Positions 46,621-54,696 of a stretch of DNA of 64,000 nt are shown in pieces. The notes below the pieces were generated by a model. That model saw only the letters and a list, made by a program, of their open reading frames with translations, was not told the DNA's origin and did not search any database. This stretch comes from a virus (taxonomy: Duplodnaviria; Caudoviricetes), in the IMG/VR virus record IMGVR_UViG_3300033068_000943, positions 1 to 64,000 of that record. One strand, 5' to 3'. A program made the position numbers and the translations under genes. Position 1 is the first letter of the stretch, and each line of letters starts with the position of its first letter.

Positions 46621-47274
46621 TCAATGCCGAGTGGACGATCCTTTGCCCTTAGCAGGGCTGGCCGCCTTCATCAACTGTTTGGCTTCCTCGTGGATGTACT
46701 GATCCAACTCGGCATCGGTCATCGCATCGAAGTCACCGGGGCCGCCTTGCTCGACCCGCTGCACCGCTTCACGCCACTCTTGCGGGCGCCGGTTCATAAG
46801 CCACAATTTAGCTGCGGCCACATCCGGAGGAACATGCTCGACCACGCGGGCGCGCACGATCTCGCCCTTATACATGAACACCCGCTCGGTGTTGTAGCTG
46901 TATCCTACGGCGCGCTGTGCAATAGACCGCTCAACCCTATCATCGAAATGACCTTTTTTGATCTTAAGGGCCTTGCTAAAGTCTTCATGCGCACAAGACC
47001 ACCGCCATATGGTCACGGTTGTTACGCCGAATTCTTCGGCCAGCTCTGCGTCTGTTGCGCCACGCCGACAAAGTGCAGCAGCAACGAGTGCATATTCTGG
47101 TTTGTACTTTGTTGGCCTCCCCATCTTGGCCTTGATTTCTTCGGCCGTGGCGATGACGGGATCGATGTCTACTTTCGTAGTTTTGGGTTCCTCGCCTTTT
47201 GTACGGGCTTCGGCCCTATCGGCGGCGGCCTTGATGTCGCCTTTGTGGGTGCGTCGGGACGGTCTGCGAGCCAT
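46621..47274 (-). CDS. Terminase small subunit (HTH)
   Basis: MGRPTKYKPEY..GATDAELAEEFGV..TIWRW..VERSIAQRAVGY..PPDVAAAKLWLMNRRPQEWRE. Confidence 0.85.
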   Translation of the reverse strand: MARRPSRRTHKGDIKAAADRAEARTKGEEPKTTKVDIDPVIATAEEIKAKMGRPTKYKPEYALVAAALCRRGATDAELAEEFGVTTVTIWRWSCAHEDFSKALKIKKGHFDDRVERSIAQRAVGYSYNTERVFMYKGEIVRARVVEHVPPDVAAAKLWLMNRRPQEWREAVQRVEQGGPGDFDAMTDAELDQYIHEEAKQLMKAASPAKGKGSSTRH

Positions 47275-47331
47275 GGTCGTTCGGGCAACGGCGCCCTTCT
47301 CCTTTCTGCGTTTCCGGGATGCGTTTTACGC

Positions 47332-47360
47332 AAATAAAAACCCCGCCTGAGGGGCGGGGT
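47332..47360 (-). terminator. Rho-independent terminator upstream of terS
   Basis: ACCCCGCC-loop-GGCGGGGT followed by a TTTTATTT tract on the minus strand. Confidence 0.75.
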
Positions 47361-47390
47361 CTGGAAGCTTTCATTGTGCGTCGGATCGTA

Positions 47391-47813
47391 TCAGACCATC
47401 ACGATGGTCCCGGCCCTCGGGGCAGCGATGACACGGCCTGACCGATCGACGTACTCGATGGCGCCATCCGAGCGCGTTCGCGCGTAGACGGTGTTGCCGG
47501 TCGACACCGTTGTTACAGCGGCGCACGTCGCTGGGTTCGAATGCGTGGCTTTCCACGCATTGCCCTGCTCCTTGTAGAGAGCTTCCCCAAAAGAGTTCGA
47601 CATGAACCAGCGCTTGGCTTCGGAGCAATCACGCTGTTTAGCGGCATCGCTGAGAATGTTGGTTGCGTCCTGTGCGGTCGCCGGCCGCGTTTCGAGGGCG
47701 AGCACCTTGCGCACCTCATCCTCGATGGCGGAGGCGTGTAACACGCGCCCGTCCTGCTCGGCGCGATCCATCACGGCTTTGCGTATTTTCTCGGCAACAG
47801 CATTGATATCCAT
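47391..47813 (-). CDS. Hypothetical protein
   Basis: AAGGGA SD; MDINAVAEKIRKAV. Confidence 0.55.
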   Translation of the reverse strand: MDINAVAEKIRKAVMDRAEQDGRVLHASAIEDEVRKVLALETRPATAQDATNILSDAAKQRDCSEAKRWFMSNSFGEALYKEQGNAWKATHSNPATCAAVTTVSTGNTVYARTRSDGAIEYVDRSGRVIAAPRAGTIVMV

Positions 47814-48309
47814 AAGTGTGGTCCCTTTGCTTGTGGTCGTCGGGATGCGCGGTCTGTGTAGCGTGTCAGATTCGGCCTTGGTGTTCGAGAGAAACGGGCG
47901 GCCCCACGACGGGAGGCCGCCCACGCTGGCTGGCCTGCGGGATCAGTGGCGCTCTGGCCACCGATCGTGGGGCGCGTTGTAATCGCGCCGCGGCCATCTG
48001 GCCGGCTTCGCGGTGCATGGGAGCAGAGCGGATGCAGCAGGCATGGGAATCCCCAGGATAGAGGGAGCGCAGCGTTGGTGGCCGTCTCGCCCATGTGGGC
48101 GTCCGCGCACGCTTATCATCGGTGTGGTGAGGTGCCGAGCCGATGGGTGAGTCGACCTAAAAACGGAAAAGGCGCAAGTGCGGATGTGCACGTGCGCCTC
48201 TGCCATTCTCGGCTTCTCCATAGCACGGGCGTGGGAACTCTTGTATGTGGCAAGTTGTCGCATATGTCGTTGGTATAATTATTCCGACCCGCATCGGCCG
48301 TCCCCACAT

Positions 48310-48933
48310 CTAATGCTTCACCGCGTTTTTCGCAGCAAACTCATCGAAGGGGACCAGTTTGGCATCCATCCCGCCAAGAATTCTCTCGATCATCTCGCGC
48401 ATGCTGTCTGGAACGGGCGGCAGCCATTTGGGCGGCAACAGAAGCGCAAAGCGCCCGGAAATCTCGCCGACATCCCACACCAGATCATCGACACGAAGCG
48501 GGTCGCGATGGATCATCGCTCGCCCCATAGCCTTGCTGTCCACCCAATCCCCGCTCTCGCCCTTGCTGCGCTGCACCACCAAAACAAGCAACGCCTCCTT
48601 GCGGTTCGGATCTTCGGACGGCGCCGAACCGTTCTCAGCCGAGTATTTCATGCTGTTGGACACCCACACCTCGCTCACTATGGCGTACCTCGCGACGCTC
48701 CAGCATGCAAAAAGAAGCTGGAAATACTTCACCAGCGTTGCTTCCTGATCTGGATCGCCGGTCGGGGCCGCGATGATGTTGACCTCGCCCGTGTCATCGC
48801 GGGGCACAAAAAAAATTCGCGGCACATCCTTGCCCTGCACCAACTGCTGCCGCGCGAAGTTCAGGGCATTGAGCGCGAGAGCCTTGATGTCGGCGTTCTT
48901 GCTGGGCGCGCCGCGTTCCGCTTGATCGGTCAT
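48310..48933 (-). CDS. Hypothetical protein
   Basis: YAIVSEVW..PSEDPNRKEALLV motif; GGAG SD. Confidence 0.65.
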   Translation of the reverse strand: MTDQAERGAPSKNADIKALALNALNFARQQLVQGKDVPRIFFVPRDDTGEVNIIAAPTGDPDQEATLVKYFQLLFACWSVARYAIVSEVWVSNSMKYSAENGSAPSEDPNRKEALLVLVVQRSKGESGDWVDSKAMGRAMIHRDPLRVDDLVWDVGEISGRFALLLPPKWLPPVPDSMREMIERILGGMDAKLVPFDEFAAKNAVKH

Positions 48934-49346
48934 GCCGGATCTCCTTCCCACATATCGAACCGCCATGAGTCCACGGCGAACTCCAGCCACGCCTCGACCC
49001 CATCACCCTGAGCGACGCACATCACCACCATGTCGACCCGCTCCATTATTCCTCCGTCGCGGCCTTGCTGCACAATCTTAGACGTTGCATCCGGGGTCAT
49101 CGCCTCCGTCACAATGCCGAGACATCCGGGTTGGGGCCACTTGTAGATCGCGCATCCCTTGCGCTGCACGACGAGATCGCCGACCTTGAACGGATTGGGC
49201 CGCTTCAATGTCGGCAGCATGTCCAGAAGGACGCGGGCCTGGACATCCAGGGGGCGCGTAGACGTGGCTGCGCCTGAGTCCTCATCGGATTCGTTGTTGG
49301 CCATCATTCTCTCGAACAATTTTTGCAGATCGTTGTGACGCACCAT
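48930..49346 (-). CDS. Hypothetical protein (SH3-like FKVGDLV motif)
   Basis: GGAAG SD; coupled to the downstream gene. Confidence 0.6.
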   Translation of the reverse strand: MVRHNDLQKLFERMMANNESDEDSGAATSTRPLDVQARVLLDMLPTLKRPNPFKVGDLVVQRKGCAIYKWPQPGCLGIVTEAMTPDATSKIVQQGRDGGIMERVDMVVMCVAQGDGVEAWLEFAVDSWRFDMWEGDPA

Positions 49347-49381
49347 GCTTCTTCCTTTCCATCCATCGTCCGTCGATAACA

Positions 49382-49717
49382 TCACGCCTGCACCACTCCA
49401 AACGCCCGATAAACGGCTTGAAGTTCATCAAGTCGCCTGATGCTCCCGTTTCTCTGGGGTCGCTCAGCGTCAGCCGTGCACCGCAAATCGCCGTGGTCCC
49501 CAATCCCCGTGACCGCCCCATCACAAAACCAGATGCGAGGACGCGGCTGACGCGCGAGCCACGCCAGGGCAGGACCATCCACGACGTTACCCGAGCCGTG
49601 GCGGCCTCGAAGAGCGTACCCCTTTGCCATAAGTCTCCCGTTTCGAATTTTGGGAGCACCGGGCCGGCACAAGCGAACCATGCTCACACCAGCCTGGCAC
49701 CCGGGGAACGCCGTCAC
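49382..49717 (-). pseudogene. Possible C-terminal fragment of a vWA-like protein
   Basis: GNVVDGPALAWLARQPRPRIWFCDGAVTG resembles vWA T/D MIDAS segments; no DxSxS N-terminal part. Confidence 0.3.
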
Positions 49718-51393
49718 TCAGCCGCAACAGGCTCCGGACTCGTCGCGCGAACGGTGGCCCCGTTCAACGCGCTTGGCGACGCGATGGCACGAGAAATCAC
49801 GTCCCTGAACTCGGCGCCGGCCTCGCCGTTCTCGGCGGCTTCCGATGCATCAAGGTCATCGAGTTGATCCAACGCCTCCAGCACGACCGATGTGGATCGA
49901 GACGTAATCGCCGTGATCTGTCGCGCCACAACGTCGGCGACGGCCCGTCCCAACATCTCCTCTGGTGACACGACAGTCTTGGCCGGGTCGGCGAGCAATG
50001 CCATGTGCGCTTGCATGCCGGTCGCGGCCTCGATCAGCGCCGCTTGCGTCACCGCCGTATCGCCCGCTGATATCGCCGCGAGCTTGGAGCGCTCGACCAC
50101 CTCCCGCACCATGGCCGGGATGGAGCCGGACAGCATCGCCGCCACCTTCCCCAGCTTCTCGCCGCTCTTGATCAACGACCGGCCGTAGATACGCAGGAGT
50201 CGCTCGACGGCTTCTGCGTCCGGCGGCTCGACCGCAACGACCGCATCGAGACGGCCCGGGCGCAGCATCGCCGGGTTGATGCGCTCGATGTGGTTCGTGG
50301 TCATCACCACCATGATCTGCGCGGACTTCGACAGCACACCGTCGATTGTGTTGAGCAAATCGTTGGTGTTCTCGTCACGGTCGGTCGTGGCGCGGTCGAT
50401 GTCCTCCGCGAAGATCACGCACGGCTCATAACGGCGCGCGAATTCGAGCGTCGCCTTGAGCCCTTGCGCCCGGTCCAGACTGACGAACGTCCAGCCATGC
50501 TCGACACACTTGCGCGCGGTCATCAGCGACGTAAGCGTCTTGCCGGTGCCGTACTTGCCCGACAGCAGCACACCCCGCTTGAGCGGGATGCCGGCATCGC
50601 GACACGCCTGCGTCCGCTCGATCAGGGTCCAGATGTTGGTCTTGATCTGGACCTCGACGGCGCGCGGCAAAATCAGCTCGTCCTCCCGTGCCGCCGACAG
50701 GTCCATGAATTCCGGCGGGTTTTCGAGATCGACCGATTGCTCGCTGATCGAGCGCAGCCGGATCGCCTTGCCGCGGTAGATCGACTCATCCTTGACGATG
50801 GTGCGGGTCAACTCAGCGATCCGCTTCAACGTCTCGACGTCGCGCTTCTTGACGGTGCCGTAGATCACGAACACCGACCCACGCGGCGAATGCGTGATGG
50901 CCGTGTTGATCTGCTTCTCGACGCCGGGGATTTTGAACCCGCCCCACGGCACCTGGATCTTCTCGGTCGGGCCGGGGCCAACATCGACCGTGATCATGCG
51001 CGGCGGTTGCGCCCCCCAGAACCCCGGGACGGGCGCCGACGTGGCCCAGCCATAGATGCGCTCCAGCGCCCGCACGAACGCGACGGCGCCGTCCAAGGGG
51101 AATGCGTCAATCACCTCGTGCACGCTCATCTCGGTTTCGAGATCTGCCTTTTTGCGCGCCAGCGCGGCGATGGCGTCGTCGATAGGCATTGGGCCGGGCT
51201 CCGCCGGCAGCGTAATCTTGGTGCCAACGTGCTCGATGCCAACGTCGATGTTCTTCCACGCGACGGCGCCGTCTTTCACCGCCTTTTCCGGCAGATTCGG
51301 GTTGCCAGAGCGCAGAACCGCCTCACGGTCCTTGGCCGTCAAAGCGGATGTCAGAGCCGCCAGAATGGCGGCAGGATCGGTGGTCGCAGTCAT
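49714..51393 (-). CDS. Classical-clade AAA+ ATPase
   Basis: RGVLLSGKYGTGKT; IFAEDID; LLNTIDG; TTNH; NPAMLRPGRLD (SRH). Confidence 0.9.
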   Translation of the reverse strand: MTATTDPAAILAALTSALTAKDREAVLRSGNPNLPEKAVKDGAVAWKNIDVGIEHVGTKITLPAEPGPMPIDDAIAALARKKADLETEMSVHEVIDAFPLDGAVAFVRALERIYGWATSAPVPGFWGAQPPRMITVDVGPGPTEKIQVPWGGFKIPGVEKQINTAITHSPRGSVFVIYGTVKKRDVETLKRIAELTRTIVKDESIYRGKAIRLRSISEQSVDLENPPEFMDLSAAREDELILPRAVEVQIKTNIWTLIERTQACRDAGIPLKRGVLLSGKYGTGKTLTSLMTARKCVEHGWTFVSLDRAQGLKATLEFARRYEPCVIFAEDIDRATTDRDENTNDLLNTIDGVLSKSAQIMVVMTTNHIERINPAMLRPGRLDAVVAVEPPDAEAVERLLRIYGRSLIKSGEKLGKVAAMLSGSIPAMVREVVERSKLAAISAGDTAVTQAALIEAATGMQAHMALLADPAKTVVSPEEMLGRAVADVVARQITAITSRSTSVVLEALDQLDDLDASEAAENGEAGAEFRDVISRAIASPSALNGATVRATSPEPVAAE

Positions 51394-51452
51394 GGAATCC
51401 CCAGTCCGGTTGATCCGTGAACCATTGTCGCAACCGAGTTCCCCTCGGCCCG

Positions 51453-51476
51453 GCCGTTTGAACATATTCAAACGGC
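51453..51476. promoter_or_regulatory. Palindromic operator candidate in the divergent promoter region
   Basis: GCCGTTTGAA-CATA-TTCAAACGGC; TTGACA boxes at 51479-51484 (-) and 51531-51536 (+). Confidence 0.6.
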
Positions 51477-51567
51477 AGTGTCAACCATCCATTCTGACAA
51501 ATAGGCCATCCGGAGCTATCCACGCCCCGTTTGACAATTGACCAATGCCAACTTACCCATATGCGCC

Positions 51568-51861
51568 ATGACACAAGAGCGATCCCCTGACTTGGCGAAC
51601 TTTCTTGCGGAGATTGAGGCATTCCTGTCCGAAACGGGGATGTTCCCGTCTCATTTTGGTCGCGACGCGACCAACGATACATCCCTGGTCACGCGCCTGC
51701 GTCGCGGCAGCGACGTGACCTTAAGCACGGCGCAGCGTGTTCGCAGCTTCATGGCCGAGTACCGCAAGGCGCACGGCAAGCCAGCAAAACGGCCGCCATC
51801 GAAGGCGGCCTTGCTGTCTCACACCAAAAAAGCCCCTCCGAAGGGCGCGCGCGGCAGGTGA
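51568..51861 (+). CDS. Cro-like HTH DNA-binding protein
   Basis: LAEIEAFLSETGM..FGRDATND..LVTRLRRG..TAQRVRSFM, a family common in alphaproteobacterial phages. Confidence 0.75.
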   Translation: MTQERSPDLANFLAEIEAFLSETGMFPSHFGRDATNDTSLVTRLRRGSDVTLSTAQRVRSFMAEYRKAHGKPAKRPPSKAALLSHTKKAPPKGARGR

Positions 51862-51881
51862 CGGCGAGCGGCGGAAGATCG

Positions 51882-52751
51882 TCACCCCGGCCAGACGACC
51901 GCGCCCGCCGTATGATAGAGGCTCTTAGCCGATCCGTCCGTTGTCTCGATGCGGCTGAATGGCCCTATCGCGGCGCTCGGCAAGGCGCCTGAATAGCTGC
52001 CGAGCTGGAACGCTTTGTTGTGGATGTGCTCGCCTGCGTACCATCGCGCGCCGCCGGACACGATCGCCACTATCAGGAATTTGCGCAGTGTACCGCTGCG
52101 ATATGGCAATGCCGTCGTCGGATCGATCAGGCTGGTGTACGACGCGACTCCATTGACCCGCACAACTCCCCACCATTGACCTTCGGTATCCGAGTCGACA
52201 CGCTGCATGACAACGGCGTTGGCTCCCGAGGCATCCCGCAGCCCGACCTCGATAACTTGTTTTGTGGTGGCGCTGGGCGCCGTCCACAGTCCGATTTTAT
52301 ACTGCGAGACCGGGACCATCCGCATCAGGGGCGCATCGACGCGCGCCGACGCACCCGGCGCCCCCGCCGCTGTCAGCCGCAGACGCGCCATGTAGGTCGG
52401 TGACGGCTCAACGACGGCCGTAGACCCGGTTCCGACCGTATCGGTTGCGAGGCTTGGCGGCATCCCGCCGACAAACGACATCTCATGGTGCCGGATCGTG
52501 ACGTGGCGGAACGACGTCACCTCGATGGGAACGTCCGGGCGATCCGCAGGCCCAAAAAACAGCGTTTTATCCGTTGTGAATGCCGCGATGTTCTCGCTTT
52601 TTTCGGAGTTCGGGTCGGCGGGCCGCGATAGCCGCCCCAGCAGAGCCCCCAGCTTGCCCAAAGAATACACCGTGTCGCCGAGCTGGACATACAGGATGCC
52701 ACCCGACGTGACGTCGGCATCATCCGACGCGCGGTTAACAGGGCTTGTCAT
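51882..52751 (-). CDS. Hypothetical protein, possible beta-sandwich C-terminus
   Basis: AAGGA SD immediately after tRNA-Met; about 289 aa. Confidence 0.55.
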   Translation of the reverse strand: MTSPVNRASDDADVTSGGILYVQLGDTVYSLGKLGALLGRLSRPADPNSEKSENIAAFTTDKTLFFGPADRPDVPIEVTSFRHVTIRHHEMSFVGGMPPSLATDTVGTGSTAVVEPSPTYMARLRLTAAGAPGASARVDAPLMRMVPVSQYKIGLWTAPSATTKQVIEVGLRDASGANAVVMQRVDSDTEGQWWGVVRVNGVASYTSLIDPTTALPYRSGTLRKFLIVAIVSGGARWYAGEHIHNKAFQLGSYSGALPSAAIGPFSRIETTDGSAKSLYHTAGAVVWPG

Positions 52752-52767
52752 TATCACCAAAATCCTT

Positions 52768-52843
52768 TGGTTGCAGAGGGCGGGCTTGAACCGCCGACCT
52801 CGTGGTTATGAGCCACGCGAGCTGACCACTGCTCCACTCTGCA
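52768..52843 (-). tRNA. tRNA-Met(CAT), initiator-like
   Basis: Cloverleaf TGCAGAG..CGTGG-CT CAT AA-CCACG..TTCAAG..CTCTGCA-A-CCA; A11:U24. Confidence 0.9.
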
Positions 52844-52923
52844 TATTCCCTATGGGGAGATTCCGATTGGCCGTCAAGCGCCGATTCGATGCGTGTTCGG
52901 CATATGCTTGACGGCCAGTCGTG

Positions 52924-53253
52924 TCACCAGAAATACTTGGTCGGCTTGTCGGGAAGCGGCCACGCCGTATCGTCCGGATCGATCTCGCCGCGCATGATGC
53001 GGCGAGCGATTGCCTTCGTGCGCGCTCGATGCGGGCGCGTGTGGAAGACCAGATCCCACCAGCGCGGATGGTTGCCCATGGGGCCGCGCACCCAATCGGG
53101 CCAGCCTCCGATCAGGAAGCGGCGCCGCGTCTCGGCCGCGCCCAATCCTCCATGAGGACTGAGTGGCACGCCGAGACGCTTCAACAGGGTTGGCGTGGCC
53201 ATGAAGGTTGTGCGGGCCGCCGTGCGGGGCCGCTTGCGCTTGTAGTGTGCCAT
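52924..53253 (-). CDS. Basic Trp-rich hypothetical protein inside the tRNA cluster
   Basis: MAHYKRKRPR..PRWWDLVFHTRPHRARTK..WP..KPTKYFW. Confidence 0.65.
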   Translation of the reverse strand: MAHYKRKRPRTAARTTFMATPTLLKRLGVPLSPHGGLGAAETRRRFLIGGWPDWVRGPMGNHPRWWDLVFHTRPHRARTKAIARRIMRGEIDPDDTAWPLPDKPTKYFW

Positions 53254-53276
53254 GAGTGAGCCTTTCGGGTTGTTGG

Positions 53277-53295
53277 CTATTTCATGAAAGCCTCC
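53277..53295 (-). promoter_or_regulatory. Minigene: GGAGG-N5-ATG AAA TAG
   Basis: Perfect SD at canonical spacing before a two-codon ORF. Confidence 0.5.
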
Positions 53296-53315
53296 ATTGG
53301 GTGCGCGATTGAGAG

Positions 53316-53389
53316 TGGCACCGGGAGCGGGAGTCGAACCCGCGCTTGCGGTTTTGGAGACCGCCGTGCTTCCGTAACACTTCCCCGAT
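53316..53389 (-). tRNA. tRNA-Trp(CCA)
   Basis: GCGGT-CT CCA AA-ACCGC anticodon arm; GGGTTCGACTCCC; G73 + CCA. Confidence 0.9.
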
Positions 53390-53399
53390 CTGCTGCTTT

Positions 53400-53475
53400 T
53401 GGTGCCCTTGGCACGGGATTGAACCTGCGACCTCCCGCTTACAAAGCGGATGCTCTACCACTGAGCTACAAGGGC
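53400..53475 (-). tRNA. tRNA-Thr(TGT)
   Basis: GCCCTTG..TAGCTCAGTGGTAGAGC..TT TGT AA..CAAGGGC-A-CCA. Confidence 0.9.
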
Positions 53476-53478
53476 AAT

Positions 53479-53556
53479 TGGTCTGCGTGGATGGATTTGA
53501 ACCACCGGCTTCCTGATCCCAAATCAGGCGCTCTGACCAAGCTGAGCTACACGCAG
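53479..53556 (-). tRNA. tRNA-Pro(TGG)
   Basis: CTGCGTG..CCTGA-TT TGG GA-TCAGG..CACGCAG-A-CCA. Confidence 0.92.
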
Positions 53557-53655
53557 AAATCTGGCGTTACCGCGTTGACGGTCGCCAGTATGTTGTTCGC
53601 GTGTGCGCGGGTCGGTTCATGACCGCTTTATGCCCGATTTGCGAAGCAGCGGCAA

Positions 53656-54123
53656 TCACCCGTTTGCCGGGCGCACCGATTCAATCGCCCCTGCGTCCCA
53701 AACACACCCCGAAGCGCAGTCCCACGACGAATACCATGGAAGCTCGAATCGAACACTGGTTTGATATGGGACGATGACGATGCCTTGGTACTCGCGCGCA
53801 ACACGGCCCCAATCTATGGCGTGAAGCGGCATCGATTTTCGCCACGGCGCGGCGTAGCGGTCGCTGAATTCGCGAAGCCCGGGCACAGACGCGATCGATA
53901 GAATGCGCGCAGCCGGGTTCAAAACGATTTGCGTCGCGCAGGCAAGCCGGTCCAGCCGGAATTCGTTGTCGCGACACCATTCCGCCCAGCCCATCGGCCC
54001 TTCGACAGACACCCACAATCCGTTCGGCTTGAACCCAAGGCGAGCGCGGCCAGCACGGTGGCCGAATTGGCTCGCATCACGCACAGCGGTCAACGGGGTA
54101 TCGGAATAATGAACCAAAAGCAT
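53656..54123 (-). CDS. Conserved phage protein (KPxGLWxS ... WDCxSGCVW family)
   Basis: LVHYS..FKPNGLWVS..WAEWC..IDWGRVAREYQGI..WDCASGCVWD. Confidence 0.7.
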   Translation of the reverse strand: MLLVHYSDTPLTAVRDASQFGHRAGRARLGFKPNGLWVSVEGPMGWAEWCRDNEFRLDRLACATQIVLNPAARILSIASVPGLREFSDRYAAPWRKSMPLHAIDWGRVAREYQGIVIVPYQTSVRFELPWYSSWDCASGCVWDAGAIESVRPANG

Positions 54124-54127
54124 GGTC

Positions 54128-54325
54128 TTACCCCGCCTCGCCAACTCTCTCGACATGGAGAGCATGCGCGATGCATTGCGCATGCGTTCGGCGCGATCCA
54201 TGCCAGCGCCCCCGAATATAAATATCAAACAACAGCACGGTCCCGTCCACGCAAGACACGGGCCGCAACTCTACGTCGACAGCCGTCTGGGCTTGACCAC
54301 CGATCGTGATATTCGCGTCCATGCC
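54128..54325 (-). CDS. Hypothetical protein
   Basis: LFDIYIRGRWHGSRRT; start uncertain. Confidence 0.5.
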   Translation of the reverse strand, partial: GMDANITIGGQAQTAVDVELRPVSCVDGTVLLFDIYIRGRWHGSRRTHAQCIAHALHVERVGEAG

Positions 54326-54429
54326 CATCCCCTTCGTGCACAATGCCGAGCGAACCGCCGGCCACCCCAGCCAATCATGAAGCGAAGGATAGGCGCCGCC
54401 GTGCCGGTTTAGCGTAGAATGAATGATTC

Positions 54430-54696
54430 TTACTCATGCGGCGCCCGACGCCCCGAGCGTCGCGCGTATTTGATCCGCTCAAGCGCCACGATAAAAAGCG
54501 TAAAGTTGCTTTCAAGCGTCGCAAGCGACCCATGCGCGGTTCCCATCCATATTGCCTCATCTGCCGACGCAGCATGCCTTGGCCGGAAGCTGCGCGCGAT
54601 CTTCGCGCTACGCATCACAGCATCCCTGGCCTCGTGAAGGCTTGCCAGCATCGCCTCAACCTCATCGTCAGAGACACGTCCATCCGCATCAGGCAT
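54430..54696 (-). CDS. Hypothetical protein coupled to the release-factor gene
   Basis: GGAGG SD inside the RF 3' end; helical 88 aa. Confidence 0.55.
   Translation of the reverse strand: MPDADGRVSDDEVEAMLASLHEARDAVMRSAKIARSFRPRHAASADEAIWMGTAHGSLATLESNFTLFIVALERIKYARRSGRRAPHE

Noticed and set aside
52768-53556. tRNAs as attB/attP marking a prophage boundary
   Set aside because: Phage-like genes lie on both sides; no duplicated tRNA 3' end or integrase was seen.
53656-54123. ADP-ribosyltransferase call for the KPNGLWVS protein
   Set aside because: H..GLWxS spacing is suggestive but insufficient without a profile or structure search; left as conserved hypothetical.
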